DNA of 64,000 nucleotides from a virus (Duplodnaviria > Caudoviricetes), in the IMG/VR virus record IMGVR_UViG_3300020112_000204, positions 1 through 64,000 of that record; one strand, 5' to 3'. The notes under the pieces were generated by a model. It saw only the letters and a list, made by a program, of their open reading frames with translations, made no database searches and had not been told where the DNA came from. Both the position numbers and the translations under genes were made by a program. Positions 26,690 through 35,962 of the stretch are shown in pieces. The stretch's first letter is position 1, and every line of letters begins with the position of its first letter.

Positions 26690-27941
26690 AAATTACTCCC
26701 TGCTCCTCCATTTCGTCTGATATATCTGAAACTTGCTCTACCTCTCCGACTTGAGTAAACTGCATAGTTCTAAAGTCTTTAGCTATCTGGAAATTCAACT
26801 TAGAGCCTTCCCTCTGTTTCAGAAGCTTGAGCTTCCACTGATTAAACTCTATCATATCGTCAATACCTATAACTACATCAGAGTCAGCACCGAATGAGGT
26901 CTTACTAAATGCCACACCTCCTAGGGTTACACCGTGCTTTCCCTGTGCTGAAGCATCAGCCTGAGAGGTTATCACACCCGGGATTCCTAGCACTCTACAC
27001 ATTCTTTTACAGTCCTGAGTTATGTGCATCATTCTTTCCCACCCCGCATCAGCACCTCGGTCATCCCCTAAGAGGTAAGCACCATCAATACCAAATATGT
27101 CTGGCTGGTACTCCTCAAGCTTAGCCTTAATGCTACCTATACCCGCTCCACCATCCTCATCGGACGATACAATAAAATCGGGCATACCTTTAAGGCTAGG
27201 GAGCTTCTTCTTATATCGTTCCTCTAATGTCTGACCCAGCCTACCTAGCTTAAAGTCATCATACGGGAGTCTAAAATGAATTGCGTCAAGTCTTCTCTGC
27301 ATCTGCTCAACTGACATCTCTCTCGTGAACAGGACTACTTTCTTTCCGCTAAGCCAAGCGTGGTACAGAATTGTGAGCAATATCCATGACTTACCTACAG
27401 ACTGGAAACCTATCAGAGAAATCAACTCTTCATCTAGGATGCCTCCTGTTGTCTCATTCAAGGCTTTCCACGGATATGGAATACCCGTCATACCTAGGTG
27501 CTTCTTGGCACTCTCATACTGCTCAAGTCTCTCATCCATAGTCTCGGTGAAGTTCCTGTCCTTGGTGATATTCGTCTCCATCATCACTACAGTGCCTAGC
27601 TTTTGCCACTGTTTCAGAGCCTCATCAGTATCACGCTTTTCCAGAGACTTTGCAATTCTATTTACACCATCAACAAGCAGATTATACTTTCGCCTTTCCC
27701 TCATTTCATCAATGAGGTACATCATCGGGTCTTCATGCAGTTCAACCTCATAGCTAGGGAAGTACCTTTGGACTACATCCATTGACGGAACCTCTGAGTA
27801 CTCACCATAGTAATCGAGCATGAACTCATATACATCCTTACTCTCGCCTATAAAGAACTTTTTACTTATCTTGCTCTTTATAGCCGTCCTAATGTCCTTG
27901 GTGTCTAGTATCTTACCTACTAGACTTCTCTCAATGTCCAT
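26682..27941 (-). CDS. DnaB-like replicative helicase
   Basis: GIPYPW..LN..TGG, Walker A GFQSVGKS, FTREMS, IDGAYL, TSQ, DSDVVI, KQREG. Confidence 0.9.
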   Translation of the reverse strand: MDIERSLVGKILDTKDIRTAIKSKISKKFFIGESKDVYEFMLDYYGEYSEVPSMDVVQRYFPSYEVELHEDPMMYLIDEMRERRKYNLLVDGVNRIAKSLEKRDTDEALKQWQKLGTVVMMETNITKDRNFTETMDERLEQYESAKKHLGMTGIPYPWKALNETTGGILDEELISLIGFQSVGKSWILLTILYHAWLSGKKVVLFTREMSVEQMQRRLDAIHFRLPYDDFKLGRLGQTLEERYKKKLPSLKGMPDFIVSSDEDGGAGIGSIKAKLEEYQPDIFGIDGAYLLGDDRGADAGWERMMHITQDCKRMCRVLGIPGVITSQADASAQGKHGVTLGGVAFSKTSFGADSDVVIGIDDMIEFNQWKLKLLKQREGSKLNFQIAKDFRTMQFTQVGEVEQVSDISDEMEEQGVIYG

Positions 27942-27955
27942 ATTGTCATTCCTTT

Positions 27956-28579
27956 CTAGTATGTAAAAGTAGTACCCTCACACCTATCCCAGACCACCCT
28001 GTTGATACGGTCATCAATACTGGTAGCGTGGAAGAACAGAACATCCTCAGGAACAACCTCTTCAGTAAATAGAAGCTCATTCATAATGTTCTCTAGAGTC
28101 TCATCGGTAGCAGGAGTGTTTATCGCACCATAGGTAACTACATCAAACTGACCTTTCTGATAGATTACCTCGGTTATCGTGTCTGGGAACTTATCACTTG
28201 CCACACGATTCAATATGACATGGAGAACCTTTCTCTGAGACTCAAAGCAGGTACTTCCAGACTCTGACTGACAGCATCTTGCGAGTAAGTCTAGTTCATC
28301 CCGTGTCAGGGGATACCCTAGACAGCTTACCACGACTACTCCCTCTGACTCAAGCTTTTCTATCTCCTGAGTCATTACTTTTTCTCTTTCTGTGTACATC
28401 ACCTCCTGCTCATATATTGCCTGATTCAAATTTGCTACATCAGCAGTCAAAGATGCGATAGTAGACTCCTGAGCAAGGATTGTATCCTGTCTCTGCTCTA
28501 TAGCTAAAGACTGTACGATAACTGAACCTACTAACACCAAGCATACAGCTAACCAAGCGTGTTTATTTTTCATACACAT
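27956..28579 (-). CDS. SleB/CwlJ-like cell wall hydrolase with N-terminal membrane anchor and coiled coil
   Basis: LLARCCQSES, VILNRV.S..FP.TI.EVIYQ.GQF. Confidence 0.85.
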   Translation of the reverse strand: MCMKNKHAWLAVCLVLVGSVIVQSLAIEQRQDTILAQESTIASLTADVANLNQAIYEQEVMYTEREKVMTQEIEKLESEGVVVVSCLGYPLTRDELDLLARCCQSESGSTCFESQRKVLHVILNRVASDKFPDTITEVIYQKGQFDVVTYGAINTPATDETLENIMNELLFTEEVVPEDVLFFHATSIDDRINRVVWDRCEGTTFTY

Positions 28580-29034
28580 TATGCCCTCCTTATCTTATTC
28601 ATAGTGTCTTGCCAACTTACAAAGTTCCAGCACTTATCTCTATGATAGCTGGGTGCTGAAACATCCCTGTCAACAAACCCTACTGTGACCTGCCTCATAT
28701 CGAATAAGGCTCTTATCTCATCTAAGTCATTCGTCTGGATGTACTCTGAATAGCACATATCTTCAAACAGACTCTCTGGTATGCGAAGACTCGTGTTTCT
28801 ATCCAACAGATATATCGAGTAGCCATTGTAGAACAAAGCCTCTAGGTACCTCGGGATGTAAGGGTGAGCAAGCTTGTATCTTGGCTTATTTAGCAGGTAT
28901 AGGGCTTTGTCTAACGGGGTTTCTTTCTTCGGTTGATAGATTAGATTAACATCAATTACAACTGTGTCTGCGAAGAGGTTACTTATATCACCTTTTAGCA
29001 TTTCAATCACATACCTTTCTAGTAACTTGGGCAA
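28579..29034 (-). CDS. hypothetical protein
   Basis: ORF coupled to neighbour. Confidence 0.65.
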   Translation of the reverse strand: MPKLLERYVIEMLKGDISNLFADTVVIDVNLIYQPKKETPLDKALYLLNKPRYKLAHPYIPRYLEALFYNGYSIYLLDRNTSLRIPESLFEDMCYSEYIQTNDLDEIRALFDMRQVTVGFVDRDVSAPSYHRDKCWNFVSWQDTMNKIRRA

Positions 29035-29061
29035 TCCTTTTCTAACAAGTTCTTTATAGTC

Positions 29062-29472
29062 TCACTGTCCGTCCTCCATTTTTACCTGTAATTTCGCACG
29101 AAATACCTCTCTCGGAGTTCTACACCATTCAAAATCTTCACAATGCCTGAAATATTCAGCAATAACCTGCATATCTCTGATTCTATAATCCCGTTCTTCA
29201 GACTGCTCCACACTTTTAAGAAATTCTACAACTCTTTCAGCATCCATAGCAAACGGATGGCGTGAGCCTAAGCCGAGTTTCTTGACCGAAACTGCTCTGT
29301 CGTGGGTTTCCCAGTCTTGTGCTTCCTGCACTTCAAATTCAACTATACTGCCTTTTGGCAATTTCTTGCTATTTAAGCAATCGTGTTCGTGTGTAAAATA
29401 AATCTTATCATCTTCACCACGAATCCATGCGCACCCAAGACTACCCTTATAGTTCTCGATTGTTCCCTTCAT
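29062..29472 (-). CDS. divergent cold-shock-domain protein with C-terminal extension
   Basis: MKGTI..Y....G.AWI...YFTH...G..VEFEV...RAVSV. Confidence 0.55.
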   Translation of the reverse strand: MKGTIENYKGSLGCAWIRGEDDKIYFTHEHDCLNSKKLPKGSIVEFEVQEAQDWETHDRAVSVKKLGLGSRHPFAMDAERVVEFLKSVEQSEERDYRIRDMQVIAEYFRHCEDFEWCRTPREVFRAKLQVKMEDGQ

Positions 29473-29476
29473 TCTC

Positions 29477-29677
29477 TCACCTCTCCTCTCGTCTTATACA
29501 CTTCGTTAATCCTTGTTTCGTATAGCACACAAAATCGTATCTTAAACATTTTCTGCGAGGATTATCAATATCAATGCGTTCCTCTCGCCTAACATGACAA
29601 GTGCAGTAACCAGTGGTACTTTTAGCTAAGCGATAGCCCTGTCTACTTGCTTCTGCTTTTAACTCTTCAAATGTCCT
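29477..29677 (-). pseudogene. 66-codon open frame with AGG in place of the start codon (would read MTFEELKAEASRQGYRL...)
   Basis: GAGGTG SD 5 nt upstream; no in-frame ATG/GTG/TTG near the 5' end. Confidence 0.45.
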
Positions 29678-29686
29678 CCTATCACC

Positions 29687-29959
29687 TCAGCAATGGTACT
29701 CATACTTAACTAGCCACCAAAGTACCCGACCCTCTCTAAATATGACTGCGTGGTCTGAGTACCAGCCCTTGTCAAACTGCTTGATTGCTTTCTCGGCTTC
29801 TTCACGGTTCTTGTAAACCACCTTGTCGTGGAATGTCAAATCACCATGATACCCGTTAGTCTCCTGTGGGTCATACGCAAATCCATTAAGCTTATTCAAA
29901 ATCTGCTTCGGGGTTGTCTTGGTTTTTCTAAACTCAAGATATCCAATGCAATGGGACAT
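29687..29959 (-). CDS. hypothetical protein
   Basis: ORF. Confidence 0.7.
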   Translation of the reverse strand: MSHCIGYLEFRKTKTTPKQILNKLNGFAYDPQETNGYHGDLTFHDKVVYKNREEAEKAIKQFDKGWYSDHAVIFREGRVLWWLVKYEYHC

Positions 29960-30144
29960 TATGCTTTCCTCCTGTATCTTTCTAGCACTAACTTAGCGTT
30001 CTTAATTAACTGCTCCTTTGGAACATTGAGGGCTATATCAAGCCATTTCTCAAAAGGGATGCCACACTTGGTAGCATCCCTAGTAGACGGGTTTCCATTG
30101 GTGCTTATGATTATCTCACAGAACTTGCACCAATCCTCTTTCAT
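29959..30144 (-). CDS. hypothetical protein
   Basis: ORF coupled to neighbours. Confidence 0.55.
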   Translation of the reverse strand: MKEDWCKFCEIIISTNGNPSTRDATKCGIPFEKWLDIALNVPKEQLIKNAKLVLERYRRKA

Positions 30145-30311
30145 TCTTGCTCCTCCCAGACATCCACATCAGTAGATGCACAATCCATATTCTCGTAGGG
30201 CTCATCATAAAACTGTTTCTGAGCTTTTTCTATCGCATCTGACTTAGTGTCAGCTTCGACAAAATAGTCAACTGTCAGTCTGCACCCAAAGTGAACACAG
30301 TACTTAGGCAT
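30141..30311 (-). CDS. small hypothetical protein (56 aa, MPKYCVHFGCRLTVDYFVEA...)
   Basis: Manually translated; GAGGTG RBS. Confidence 0.6.
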   Translation of the reverse strand: MPKYCVHFGCRLTVDYFVEADTKSDAIEKAQKQFYDEPYENMDCASTDVDVWEEQE

Positions 30312-30320
30312 CTCGTCACC

Positions 30321-31094
30321 TCATATATGACAGTCCACAATGGTGATAGTCCAGTCGGGGTCAGCGGTATCAATGAACCGTTCTTTATAGTGGAGTTCCC
30401 AATCAAAAGCCTCTTCAGGAGTCTCTGAACTCATTCCACACCATCCCATCTCTCCTTTTTCATACCATCTACCATCAGGTGTGATTACTGCAAAGGTAGT
30501 AAGAGAGCTAGCTATCTTAGCATAAGTTTCTTTGTCGTGGTACTTATTCAGACAGTATTCTCTACTAAACCGGGCACTAAAGTCTTCTTCCTTTTCACCC
30601 TCTTTCAGAGGGCTACCCTCGATTACGACTTCCCAAAATCTAATACTACGCTGGTACTCTTCTGTATCAACTCCCATGTCTAAATCTCCAATTCGACAAG
30701 AGTTGCACTTCGTTACTATTCCAGAGACTTTAGCTCTAAGAAGCTTATTCCATCTACCACCTATCCCGTACCAGTCCCACTTACTGTCTGGGTTATAGGT
30801 ACTAAGCTCATCACCATCTTTCGTGTAGTAAGTGTCTGAGTATATCATATTCTGATACAGTTCCCCATCAGTCTCTGCATCAAGGAATTTCCTTGCGTAC
30901 TCGTCACACATAAGCTCAGGCTTTTCAGGGAGTACTTTTTCATACCGCATCTTCCTCTTTCTAGCCTCAGTGATAAGGTCAGCCTTAGTCCTGCGGACAT
31001 AGGGTGCTACCCTCCGTCTCTCATCATAAGGTTCAAGAAGCTCTTCAACACTTGTGCACTCATCAGTAATTACTGCTACTGTAAAATGACTCAT
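30321..31094 (-). CDS. conserved phage hypothetical protein
   Basis: MSHF.V.V...YNP.SKWDWY.IGGRW pattern recurrent in phages. Confidence 0.75.
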   Translation of the reverse strand: MSHFTVAVITDECTSVEELLEPYDERRRVAPYVRRTKADLITEARKRKMRYEKVLPEKPELMCDEYARKFLDAETDGELYQNMIYSDTYYTKDGDELSTYNPDSKWDWYGIGGRWNKLLRAKVSGIVTKCNSCRIGDLDMGVDTEEYQRSIRFWEVVIEGSPLKEGEKEEDFSARFSREYCLNKYHDKETYAKIASSLTTFAVITPDGRWYEKGEMGWCGMSSETPEEAFDWELHYKERFIDTADPDWTITIVDCHI

Positions 31095-31096
31095 AT

Positions 31097-31540
31097 TTAC
31101 TCCTCCATATTCTTCATCTGCTCACACAGACTAGCAACTAGGTCATGGTCTGCTACCGTTTTACCACTCTTAACAATGTTCTCAGCAAGCTCTGAGTCAA
31201 TAATGTTATCACGAATGAAACTCTCGCTTACCACACACCAAGAACCTGTTGGGTACAGATTCTCTCCATTTGAACTTATAATAGGAGGTCTGTTATCGGG
31301 TACCTCATCCTCACGGACAACTCCTATCATCGTGATGCCACGAGCCATCTGCTCCTTGCATTTGTCACAAGGCTCATAATCCAGAACCATTCTTCGGGGA
31401 GCTTCAATATCCTCACCCTTTCTACCATCTCCTATCCTACCTAAAAGGGCTATCTCATTTCTTTCTTCCCCACAGAAGAAACAAACAGGAATTGTCGGAT
31501 TTACCCCATACTTGGGGCTTAACTTAATATCCTTAGACAT
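31097..31540 (-). CDS. hypothetical Zn-finger protein
   Basis: CFFCG and CDKC motifs. Confidence 0.7.
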   Translation of the reverse strand: MSKDIKLSPKYGVNPTIPVCFFCGEERNEIALLGRIGDGRKGEDIEAPRRMVLDYEPCDKCKEQMARGITMIGVVREDEVPDNRPPIISSNGENLYPTGSWCVVSESFIRDNIIDSELAENIVKSGKTVADHDLVASLCEQMKNMEE

Positions 31541-31559
31541 ATTCTGTACTCCTTATATT

Positions 31560-31817
31560 TTAATCAAAGTATCTTTTTTCGTAAGGCTCAAAGTACTCTC
31601 CACAGTACCTCTTGAGCTCTCGGTCAATACAGGCTTTAGTGTAAATGGCTTCTTCGTCATCTTTAAGGTCTTCTGTCATATCGTGTGAATACTGAACATA
31701 CACCTCAGACAGAACCTTATCAAAATCATGCAGTCTCTTCTGTCCCCAGCCCATTCTTCCTAAGGCTATTGTAACGAAGTCGAGCATCTGCTGACGAGTG
31801 TACCTGCGAATAGCCAT
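31560..31817 (-). CDS. hypothetical protein
   Basis: ORF. Confidence 0.65.
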   Translation of the reverse strand: MAIRRYTRQQMLDFVTIALGRMGWGQKRLHDFDKVLSEVYVQYSHDMTEDLKDDEEAIYTKACIDRELKRYCGEYFEPYEKRYFD

Positions 31818-31868
31818 CTCTTGCCCTTCTTTCTTTTTGGAGCGTAGCTGAGTATGCGTTCTTAGCCA

Positions 31869-32012
31869 TCACACATCCTCCCAGTAAACTGGCATTTCAC
31901 AACTCAGCATACAATCCTCTTCTGGGCGATAGAGTGGGCAATCGTCACAAATGTCGTGACTCTTGCACTCCATCTTGAGAAGTCTTAAAACTATCTTTAA
32001 CCAATTAGGCAT
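31869..32012 (-). CDS. small Cys-rich hypothetical protein (47 aa)
   Basis: Manually translated; AGGAG RBS. Confidence 0.55.
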   Translation of the reverse strand: MPNWLKIVLRLLKMECKSHDICDDCPLYRPEEDCMLSCEMPVYWEDV

Positions 32013-32016
32013 CTAA

Positions 32017-32421
32017 TCATCTCCTTTCATAATCATATCTAGTTCTTCGCTCTCTGGTCTTTTCTGCTATGTACGGTGTCAATGCAAGAGATACGCATAA
32101 AGCCTCATCAATTTGTCTCATCTCAGACTTAGAGCAGACACCAAGCTTTCCATTAAGCCTAGACTTTGAAACTGAGTGTACCTGCTCGCAAAGGGCGAAG
32201 GAGCTTCTGCCTGACGACTGGACTTTAACATGAGTAGGCAAATCCACTTTTGGCTGAGAGGTGAGGTACACGACCTCTACTACCTCTGACATACGATTAT
32301 TCATCTCGTTACTTACCACAATAGCTGGTCTACCTGCGTACATCTCACTGCCTACCGCCAAGGCACTGGGGGATTTCTTAACATAGTGTATCTCCCCACG
32401 GTGGATACTTAAACGATTCAT
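32017..32421 (-). CDS. PemK/MazF-family endoribonuclease, no adjacent antitoxin
   Basis: RGEI.YV, GSE..GRPAIVVSN, YLTS, LPTHV, ALCEQV.SVSKSRL. Confidence 0.88.
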   Translation of the reverse strand: MNRLSIHRGEIHYVKKSPSALAVGSEMYAGRPAIVVSNEMNNRMSEVVEVVYLTSQPKVDLPTHVKVQSSGRSSFALCEQVHSVSKSRLNGKLGVCSKSEMRQIDEALCVSLALTPYIAEKTRERRTRYDYERR

Positions 32422-32432
32422 TTTACCTCCAT

Positions 32433-32462
32433 AATAGGAGAGGCATTAAGCCTCTCCCTATT
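32433..32462. terminator. intergenic hairpin/terminator
   Basis: AATAGGAGAGGC / GCCTCTCCCTATT stem with one bulge. Confidence 0.6.
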
Positions 32463-32465
32463 CTG

Positions 32466-33491
32466 TTACACTGTAGCCGTGAATACTGCGTACTCGGGCT
32501 TATACTTACTTACGAGGTCACCTGCAAACTGCTCTAAACTGAGTCTCTTCTCATCCTCCATATCTCGGGCAGTTCTGGTAAAGGCATTTACTACACCATA
32601 CCAGTTGTTCTCAGGCTCTACGAGAAAACAGTCCTTAATCTTTTCTGTGGTCTCCTTGGAGTAGATGCTATCCTTAGTCAATTCAGCAATCAAGTCAAGC
32701 GGACTCTGTACAAACTTATCAGGAGACTTAGCCTCAAGGAACTGCCTAATCAGTCCATCCCCTCCACTGATAGCTGAGTCAATTCCCTCAATAACATCTG
32801 AGTAGAAACCCTGCTGAGTCTTATAAGCGTGTCTAAATCGAGAGCTATCCTCACTCTGTCTCCACACACGAAGTCCATTTGTGCATACCTGTCTGTACAC
32901 CAGAGGACTGAGAACGAGCGAACTCGCTCCTACCTCACTGTTAACTACATCTACGCCCACATTCAAAATGTCGTCCAAGTCCGTAACCGTTTTACCCGCA
33001 ACTACCTGCATATCCTCCATTACAAACCTCAGGTGGAAACGCTTATCATCTGCGTAGAACTGAAGAGCCTGACCAAACCTCTCACCCATCCCTATCTCCA
33101 TAAGAGTCTCAACCAAGTCCTTGTCATCAAACTTTGTGTAAGAGTCTGAGAGAAATCCTCTTACTACAGAAGACCTTGTATCAATTCGTCTATTTCGGAA
33201 TAGAACAACCTTATCCTCTTTCTGAAGCCAATGGTTGAACTCGTTTGCAACAAGGTCGGGTCTCTCCTCAAAGAGCTTCTTTCCGTATCTTACGGGAATA
33301 CCAAGCCTGTTGAAAGCCTGAGTCATAGAGAAGTCATTGAGAACTAAAGACTGATTAGTACCCTTAACTGAGATACTTCCATCAGAGTCCATATGGAACT
33401 CGCTCATTGAGAGCATCATATCCTCACTGTTTCTTCTCTGTTCTAGTATTCTGCTCAGAACTTCTTGCATACTGTACTGTCGTGTCATCAT
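32466..33491 (-). CDS. DUF932-family protein
   Basis: RGFLSDSY, VVNSEVG, YRQVCTNG, WYGVVNAFT..A. Confidence 0.7.
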   Translation of the reverse strand: MMTRQYSMQEVLSRILEQRRNSEDMMLSMSEFHMDSDGSISVKGTNQSLVLNDFSMTQAFNRLGIPVRYGKKLFEERPDLVANEFNHWLQKEDKVVLFRNRRIDTRSSVVRGFLSDSYTKFDDKDLVETLMEIGMGERFGQALQFYADDKRFHLRFVMEDMQVVAGKTVTDLDDILNVGVDVVNSEVGASSLVLSPLVYRQVCTNGLRVWRQSEDSSRFRHAYKTQQGFYSDVIEGIDSAISGGDGLIRQFLEAKSPDKFVQSPLDLIAELTKDSIYSKETTEKIKDCFLVEPENNWYGVVNAFTRTARDMEDEKRLSLEQFAGDLVSKYKPEYAVFTATV

Positions 33492-34111
33492 TCTGCATCT
33501 CCTTCTAATAGTCTTTTCTTAACTGTTGCTGACAAAGTTGTTTTTCTGAAGTCATCACCGAGCACCTTAATCGGTATGAACTTTCCGTACAATAGAGAAA
33601 CCAACGACTTACCATACACATTCTCAATAGCCTCTATGCTACTATTCGTGGTTATAATCATAGGCTTGTTCCTAAGAGTTCTGTACCTAATGAGATTATC
33701 AAAGGCTACCTCTGTAAGACCTGACTTAGAACTCCTGTATTCCTTTCCGACATCATCAATCATCAGAAAGTCTACATTCCTAATTCTTTCATCATAGGCT
33801 TCTCTCTTTTCGGCTGAGTACCATCCATCCGAGTACATTTGAATAATACCTGACAATGATACCATCTGTGCTGAGTACCCTTGTCTAAGAGCCTCTTTCA
33901 AAACCTCGACTCCTAGCATAGTCTTACCTACGCCGTTTACTCCGTGCAAGAAGAGGCTAATTCCATTTTTCTTTGCATTAGCCAGATGCTCCATGTACTG
34001 AAACACCTCAGCCTTAACCTTCGGGTTTCCTTTGTAGTCCTTAAGCTGAAGACTATGATACTCCTCGAGTATTCCTGAAGCTAAGAGCTTCTTCGGGGTT
34101 AGGTCTACCAT
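33488..34111 (-). CDS. DnaC/IstB-like ATPase (helicase loader)
   Basis: HGVNGVGKT Walker A, LMIDDVGKE Walker B, IITTN. Confidence 0.85.
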   Translation of the reverse strand: MVDLTPKKLLASGILEEYHSLQLKDYKGNPKVKAEVFQYMEHLANAKKNGISLFLHGVNGVGKTMLGVEVLKEALRQGYSAQMVSLSGIIQMYSDGWYSAEKREAYDERIRNVDFLMIDDVGKEYRSSKSGLTEVAFDNLIRYRTLRNKPMIITTNSSIEAIENVYGKSLVSLLYGKFIPIKVLGDDFRKTTLSATVKKRLLEGDAE

Positions 34112-34941
34112 GAGTTTATGTCACCACCTTTCTGAACCTCTTCCTCCGTGATGCTTGACTGCCTAACATCATTTTTACTTTTCTGAATAACATTCTGAGA
34201 AGCTGGGAATACTGTATTACGAAAGCCGTACAGTACAGCTATAGACGGGTACCCACTAACTACAGATGTATAATTCTCCATTAGCCAATCAATAGCTTTT
34301 ACAACGGTGTCTGCTCCATAGCCTGTGATTAACTGCTTCATCAGTGTACGGTCTTTCTGTGTTACTGTACCATACCAAACGCTAAGTACAGAGTTGTACT
34401 TATCACTAAAGTAGTAGCACATATCTACTGCATTGTAGTCTTTAGGCTTTTTCATCTTATACCTGTCATACGGAGACAGTTTCTTTTGAGACTGGGGAGT
34501 CTGAGTCGAGAGCACCTCTTCTTCGACCTTGGGCTTCTCAGCCTCTACAATTACTATGTCCTCAATAGCATCTACTTCCTCACCTACGAACCTAATTCGA
34601 TAAGAGGACGAGGACATATCTGTGTAGTTACCTTTCTTAACTCTGACAATCAATCCGTGTGAAACGGCTCTCTTGATACCCTCTGAAATGCTAGCTCTAG
34701 ATAGCCCAGTCAACTCTTCAAACTGAGAGTAACTAATTGCATCCTCAACCTTATAAATCGGGGACTGGGTTTCTCTATCCCACCCCTCGACCCATCCATA
34801 TGTCTTTCTGAATACTGTCTGCACAATCTTAAGCTCAGATAGATTATCCACCTGTCTTAACACTACATCAAACCACTCATTCGGGATAGCCGTGTATCCT
34901 GATAGGTCTTGCCTAGGCTTAAATCCATTAAAATCTTTCAC
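34105..34941 (-). CDS. phage replication initiator (lambda-O-like N-terminal wHTH)
   Basis: YTAIPNEWFD, RKTYGW, ISYSQFEELTGLSR; adjacent to the DnaC-like loader. Confidence 0.75.
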   Translation of the reverse strand: MKDFNGFKPRQDLSGYTAIPNEWFDVVLRQVDNLSELKIVQTVFRKTYGWVEGWDRETQSPIYKVEDAISYSQFEELTGLSRASISEGIKRAVSHGLIVRVKKGNYTDMSSSSYRIRFVGEEVDAIEDIVIVEAEKPKVEEEVLSTQTPQSQKKLSPYDRYKMKKPKDYNAVDMCYYFSDKYNSVLSVWYGTVTQKDRTLMKQLITGYGADTVVKAIDWLMENYTSVVSGYPSIAVLYGFRNTVFPASQNVIQKSKNDVRQSSITEEEVQKGGDINSW

Positions 34942-34944
34942 TAA

Positions 34945-35151
34945 TTACTCCTCTTCCGACATTTCAGAAACCTGACTTGCTAACTGGTCAATGGACTTTT
35001 GAACTAGGTCAAGCTTAACCCTGAGTTCAGAAATACTACAAGTGTAGCGTGAAGCCAAGAGACTTTCGTCTAACAGCGTGGTGTCTATATCATCAGTTAT
35101 GCTATTCAATAGACTTACTAGTTTATTAAGCCTGTCAATAACTTCGGACAT
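34945..35151 (-). CDS. hypothetical protein
   Basis: ORF. Confidence 0.55.
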   Translation of the reverse strand: MSEVIDRLNKLVSLLNSITDDIDTTLLDESLLASRYTCSISELRVKLDLVQKSIDQLASQVSEMSEEE

Positions 35152-35251
35152 TATGCTTTCCTCCCTACATTGTAATCTTTCCAGAAGTCTTGGATTTTCT
35201 TAAGCTTTCTAGACATACCCATTTTAATCACCTCCTCTCAAAAGTCAGGCA

Positions 35252-35545
35252 TTAGTCTCTGTCTCTCCATGTCCTACGGATACTGTACTGAGACAGCAAG
35301 TAGTCCTTCATACCCTCATAGTGTCTCTCACGGCACTTAGCACACTCTATGACATTATCACAGAACAGCTCTATCTCCTGTCTCCCATCATAGATTTCCA
35401 TGCCCTCATAGGGATGAGGAATCTTAGGACACTTAACCGATGACTCAGCATCCAGTTCCTTAACTAGATTCACATACTTATTACACATCTGAATACAACC
35501 GAGCCTGTACTGAGTCACTTTGTTCATATCTGCATCTGGCATCAT
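35252..35545 (-). CDS. hypothetical protein
   Basis: ORF with GGAGG RBS. Confidence 0.65.
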   Translation of the reverse strand: MMPDADMNKVTQYRLGCIQMCNKYVNLVKELDAESSVKCPKIPHPYEGMEIYDGRQEIELFCDNVIECAKCRERHYEGMKDYLLSQYSIRRTWRDRD

Positions 35546-35554
35546 ATCACCTCC

Positions 35555-35962
35555 TTATACCAAAGTGCACTTACTCCAGAAACCTCTAGAATTCTCACCC
35601 TGTTTTCTGTTTCGCTCCATATCGAACTTGTACTTATACGAACCAAAAGCTTCTATCTTCCCAGCTTTATTCGCTTCTACATCTGAAACTAGTAGGTCTA
35701 TGTCAGAGTACCCATAGAAGTATCTCTGAACGCCTCTATCTATGACTACCTCTCTATGCTTAATCCCATCAAGCACATTAAAAGTGTACCTGAGCTTGCT
35801 CTTTCCAATATGGTCTGAGAGTCTTATGCTACCAGCTACACCATAGTCTAATTTTAAGTAGATGCTATTCGTTGTCTTACTTTCATAGTACTGAACTACA
35901 TACCCTAGTTCCTTTAGTCTTATAACTAACTCTTCTGCCCTATCCTTAATATATCTGTCCGT
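35555..35962 (-). CDS. hypothetical protein; frame open to 35965 but begins with ACG instead of ATG
   Basis: Manual translation extends the tracked ORF by 62 codons (..SIYLKLDYG..SIRLSDH..); no canonical start before GTG 35776. Confidence 0.55.
   Translation of the reverse strand, partial: TDRYIKDRAEELVIRLKELGYVVQYYESKTTNSIYLKLDYGVAGSIRLSDHIGKSKLRYTFNVLDGIKHREVVIDRGVQRYFYGYSDIDLLVSDVEANKAGKIEAFGSYKYKFDMERNRKQGENSRGFWSKCTLV

Noticed and set aside
29500-29560. Possible promoter-like sequence upstream of 29472
   Set aside because: The region is better explained as the start-less reading frame 29477..29677; the -35/-10 matches are weak.
34480-34620. Iterons inside the O-like initiator gene (lambda-type ori)
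   Set aside because: No direct repeats could be discerned in the inter-domain region.
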